The notes under the pieces were generated by a model that was not told the origin of the DNA, searched no databases, and was given only the letters and a program-made list of their open reading frames with translations. A program made the position numbers and the translations under genes. A stretch of DNA of 63,950 bases, the filler included, from Octopus bimaculoides (lineage: Eukaryota), in assembly GCF_001194135.2 (NCBI RefSeq). It is 6 parts of 4 records of this genome, joined end to end, with 100 filler letters (N's around TTAATTAATTAA, not from the genome) between each part and the next. Parts side by side here need not be neighbours in the genome. Positions count along the whole stretch, not along the records: positions 59,841 to 63,950 come from NC_068984.1; 5 more parts are not named here. One strand, written 5' to 3'. The stretch's first letter is position 1. Each line of letters begins with the position of its first letter. Positions 62,747-63,950 of this stretch are shown here, one piece after another.

Positions 62747-63950
62747 AGTGTAAGCTATGGACACATAAGAGGTGCAGCAATATCAAAGGAAGGCTAACTA
62801 GCAAGATAGTTTTTGTATGTGGCAGATGCTCAGGAGCAATAAACACTGAAAATGTGCAGAAAACAACCTTTACCACACTCCAGGGAGAAAAACTAGAAAT
62901 AGTTGATAGCTTCCACTACCTAGGTGACCAAGTTTGTAGTGAGGGAGGGTGCACTGAAAGTGTAGCTGTTAGAATAAGAATAGCCTGGGCAAAGTTTAGA
63001 GAGCTCTTACCTCTGCTGGTGACAAAGGGCCTCTCACTCAGAGTAAAAGGTAGATTTTATGACGCATGTGTATGAACAGCCATGCTACATGGCAGTGAAA
63101 CATGGGCCGTGACTGCTGAGGACATGCGTAAGCTTGCAAGAAACAAAGCCAGTATACTCCGATGGAGTAAGTGTGCATACTCGACAGAGTGTAAGTATCT
63201 TGAGAGAAAAGTTATACTTAAGAAGCATCAGTTGTGGTGTGCAAGAGAGACGATTGCGCTGGTATGGACATGCGGCAAGAATGGATGAGGATAGTTGTGT
63301 GAAAAAGTGCCACACCCTAGCAGTTGAGGGAACCTGTGGAAGAGGTAGACCCAGGAAGACCTGGGATGAGGTGGTGAAGCACGACCTTCGAACTTTAGGC
63401 CTCACGGAGGCAATGACCAGTGACCGGGACCTTTGGAAATATGCAGTATGTGAGAAGACCTGGCAAGGCAAGTGAGAGCATAATCTGTGATCTCTGTCAG
63501 AAGTGTAGCCAGCTCACTAATCCGTATCTTTACTTCATTGGACACTAAAAACCCTGCTTGCGAAAACCTGTTGAGGCAAGTGAATTTGGAATTTGAAATT
63601 TGAAATCTGAAATCGAAATTGAACCGAATCCGATGACTGGCACCCATGCCAACCTCTCCTTCATTGGACACTAAACGCTGCTTGTGAAGATCTGTTGGGG
63701 CAAGTGAAATCGTAATTGAACCATACTCGATGACTGGTCACTGCACCAGTGGAGCACTAACAGCACTGTTGAGCGTGTTCATTTCCAGAGCAGCTGTCTG
63801 GCTTCCATGCTAGTGGCCCGTAAATGGCACCATTAGAGCGTAATCGTTACCAGCGTTGCCTTCTAGCACTTGTGCTGGTGGCATGTTAGAAAATCATTCG
63901 AGCGAGGTCGTTGCCAGTGCCGCTGGACTGGCTCCCGTGCAGGTGGCACG
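62747..63950 (+). mobile_element. Young RTE-clade LINE: RT C-terminus and long 3' UTR (runs off the window)
   Basis: SFHYLGDQV, AWAKFRELLP, MLHGSETW, RRLRWYGH and GRGRPRKTWDEVV. Stop at 63475. Confidence 0.92.

Noticed and set aside
63600-63740. CGATGA/GAAA motifs in the RTE UTR as a hammerhead
   Set aside because: The core lacks the conserved U and the flanks do not pair.

Overview
Eukaryotic, AT-rich, gappy draft-assembly sequence with very dense microsatellites and SINE/LINE debris. The repeat families look like those of an Octopus (cephalopod) genome; this is recognition by eye, not a database result. I find no intact multi-exon host gene, CRISPR array or rRNA, and most ORFs in the supplied track are microsatellite or N-gap artefacts. 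Supported content: R4/Dong-type (RLE) LINE fragments sitting against microsatellites, RTE, CR1-like and Tx1-like LINE remnants, a Naiad/Chlamys-type Penelope-like RT with an inverted partial copy, a Ty3/gypsy integrase fragment, two mariner remnants, an internally deleted piggyBac with TTAA ends, a Kolobok-like MITE, a short Helitron, three or four SINE-like families and a tRNA-Lys pseudogene fused to a SINE. The best candidates for follow-up are: (1) a near-canonical type I hammerhead ribozyme inside a 554-bp direct-repeat-bounded unit (retrozyme or PLE-like); (2) a miniature LTR element (TRIM) with a tRNA-Asp primer site and PPT; (3) a decayed TNF-superfamily-like exon at 35.4-35.8 kb, with weaker similar frames at 40, 43 and 52 kb that might mark a dead tandem cluster. 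Boundaries of degraded repeats are approximate, to within tens of bp. Family assignments come from motif recognition by eye.
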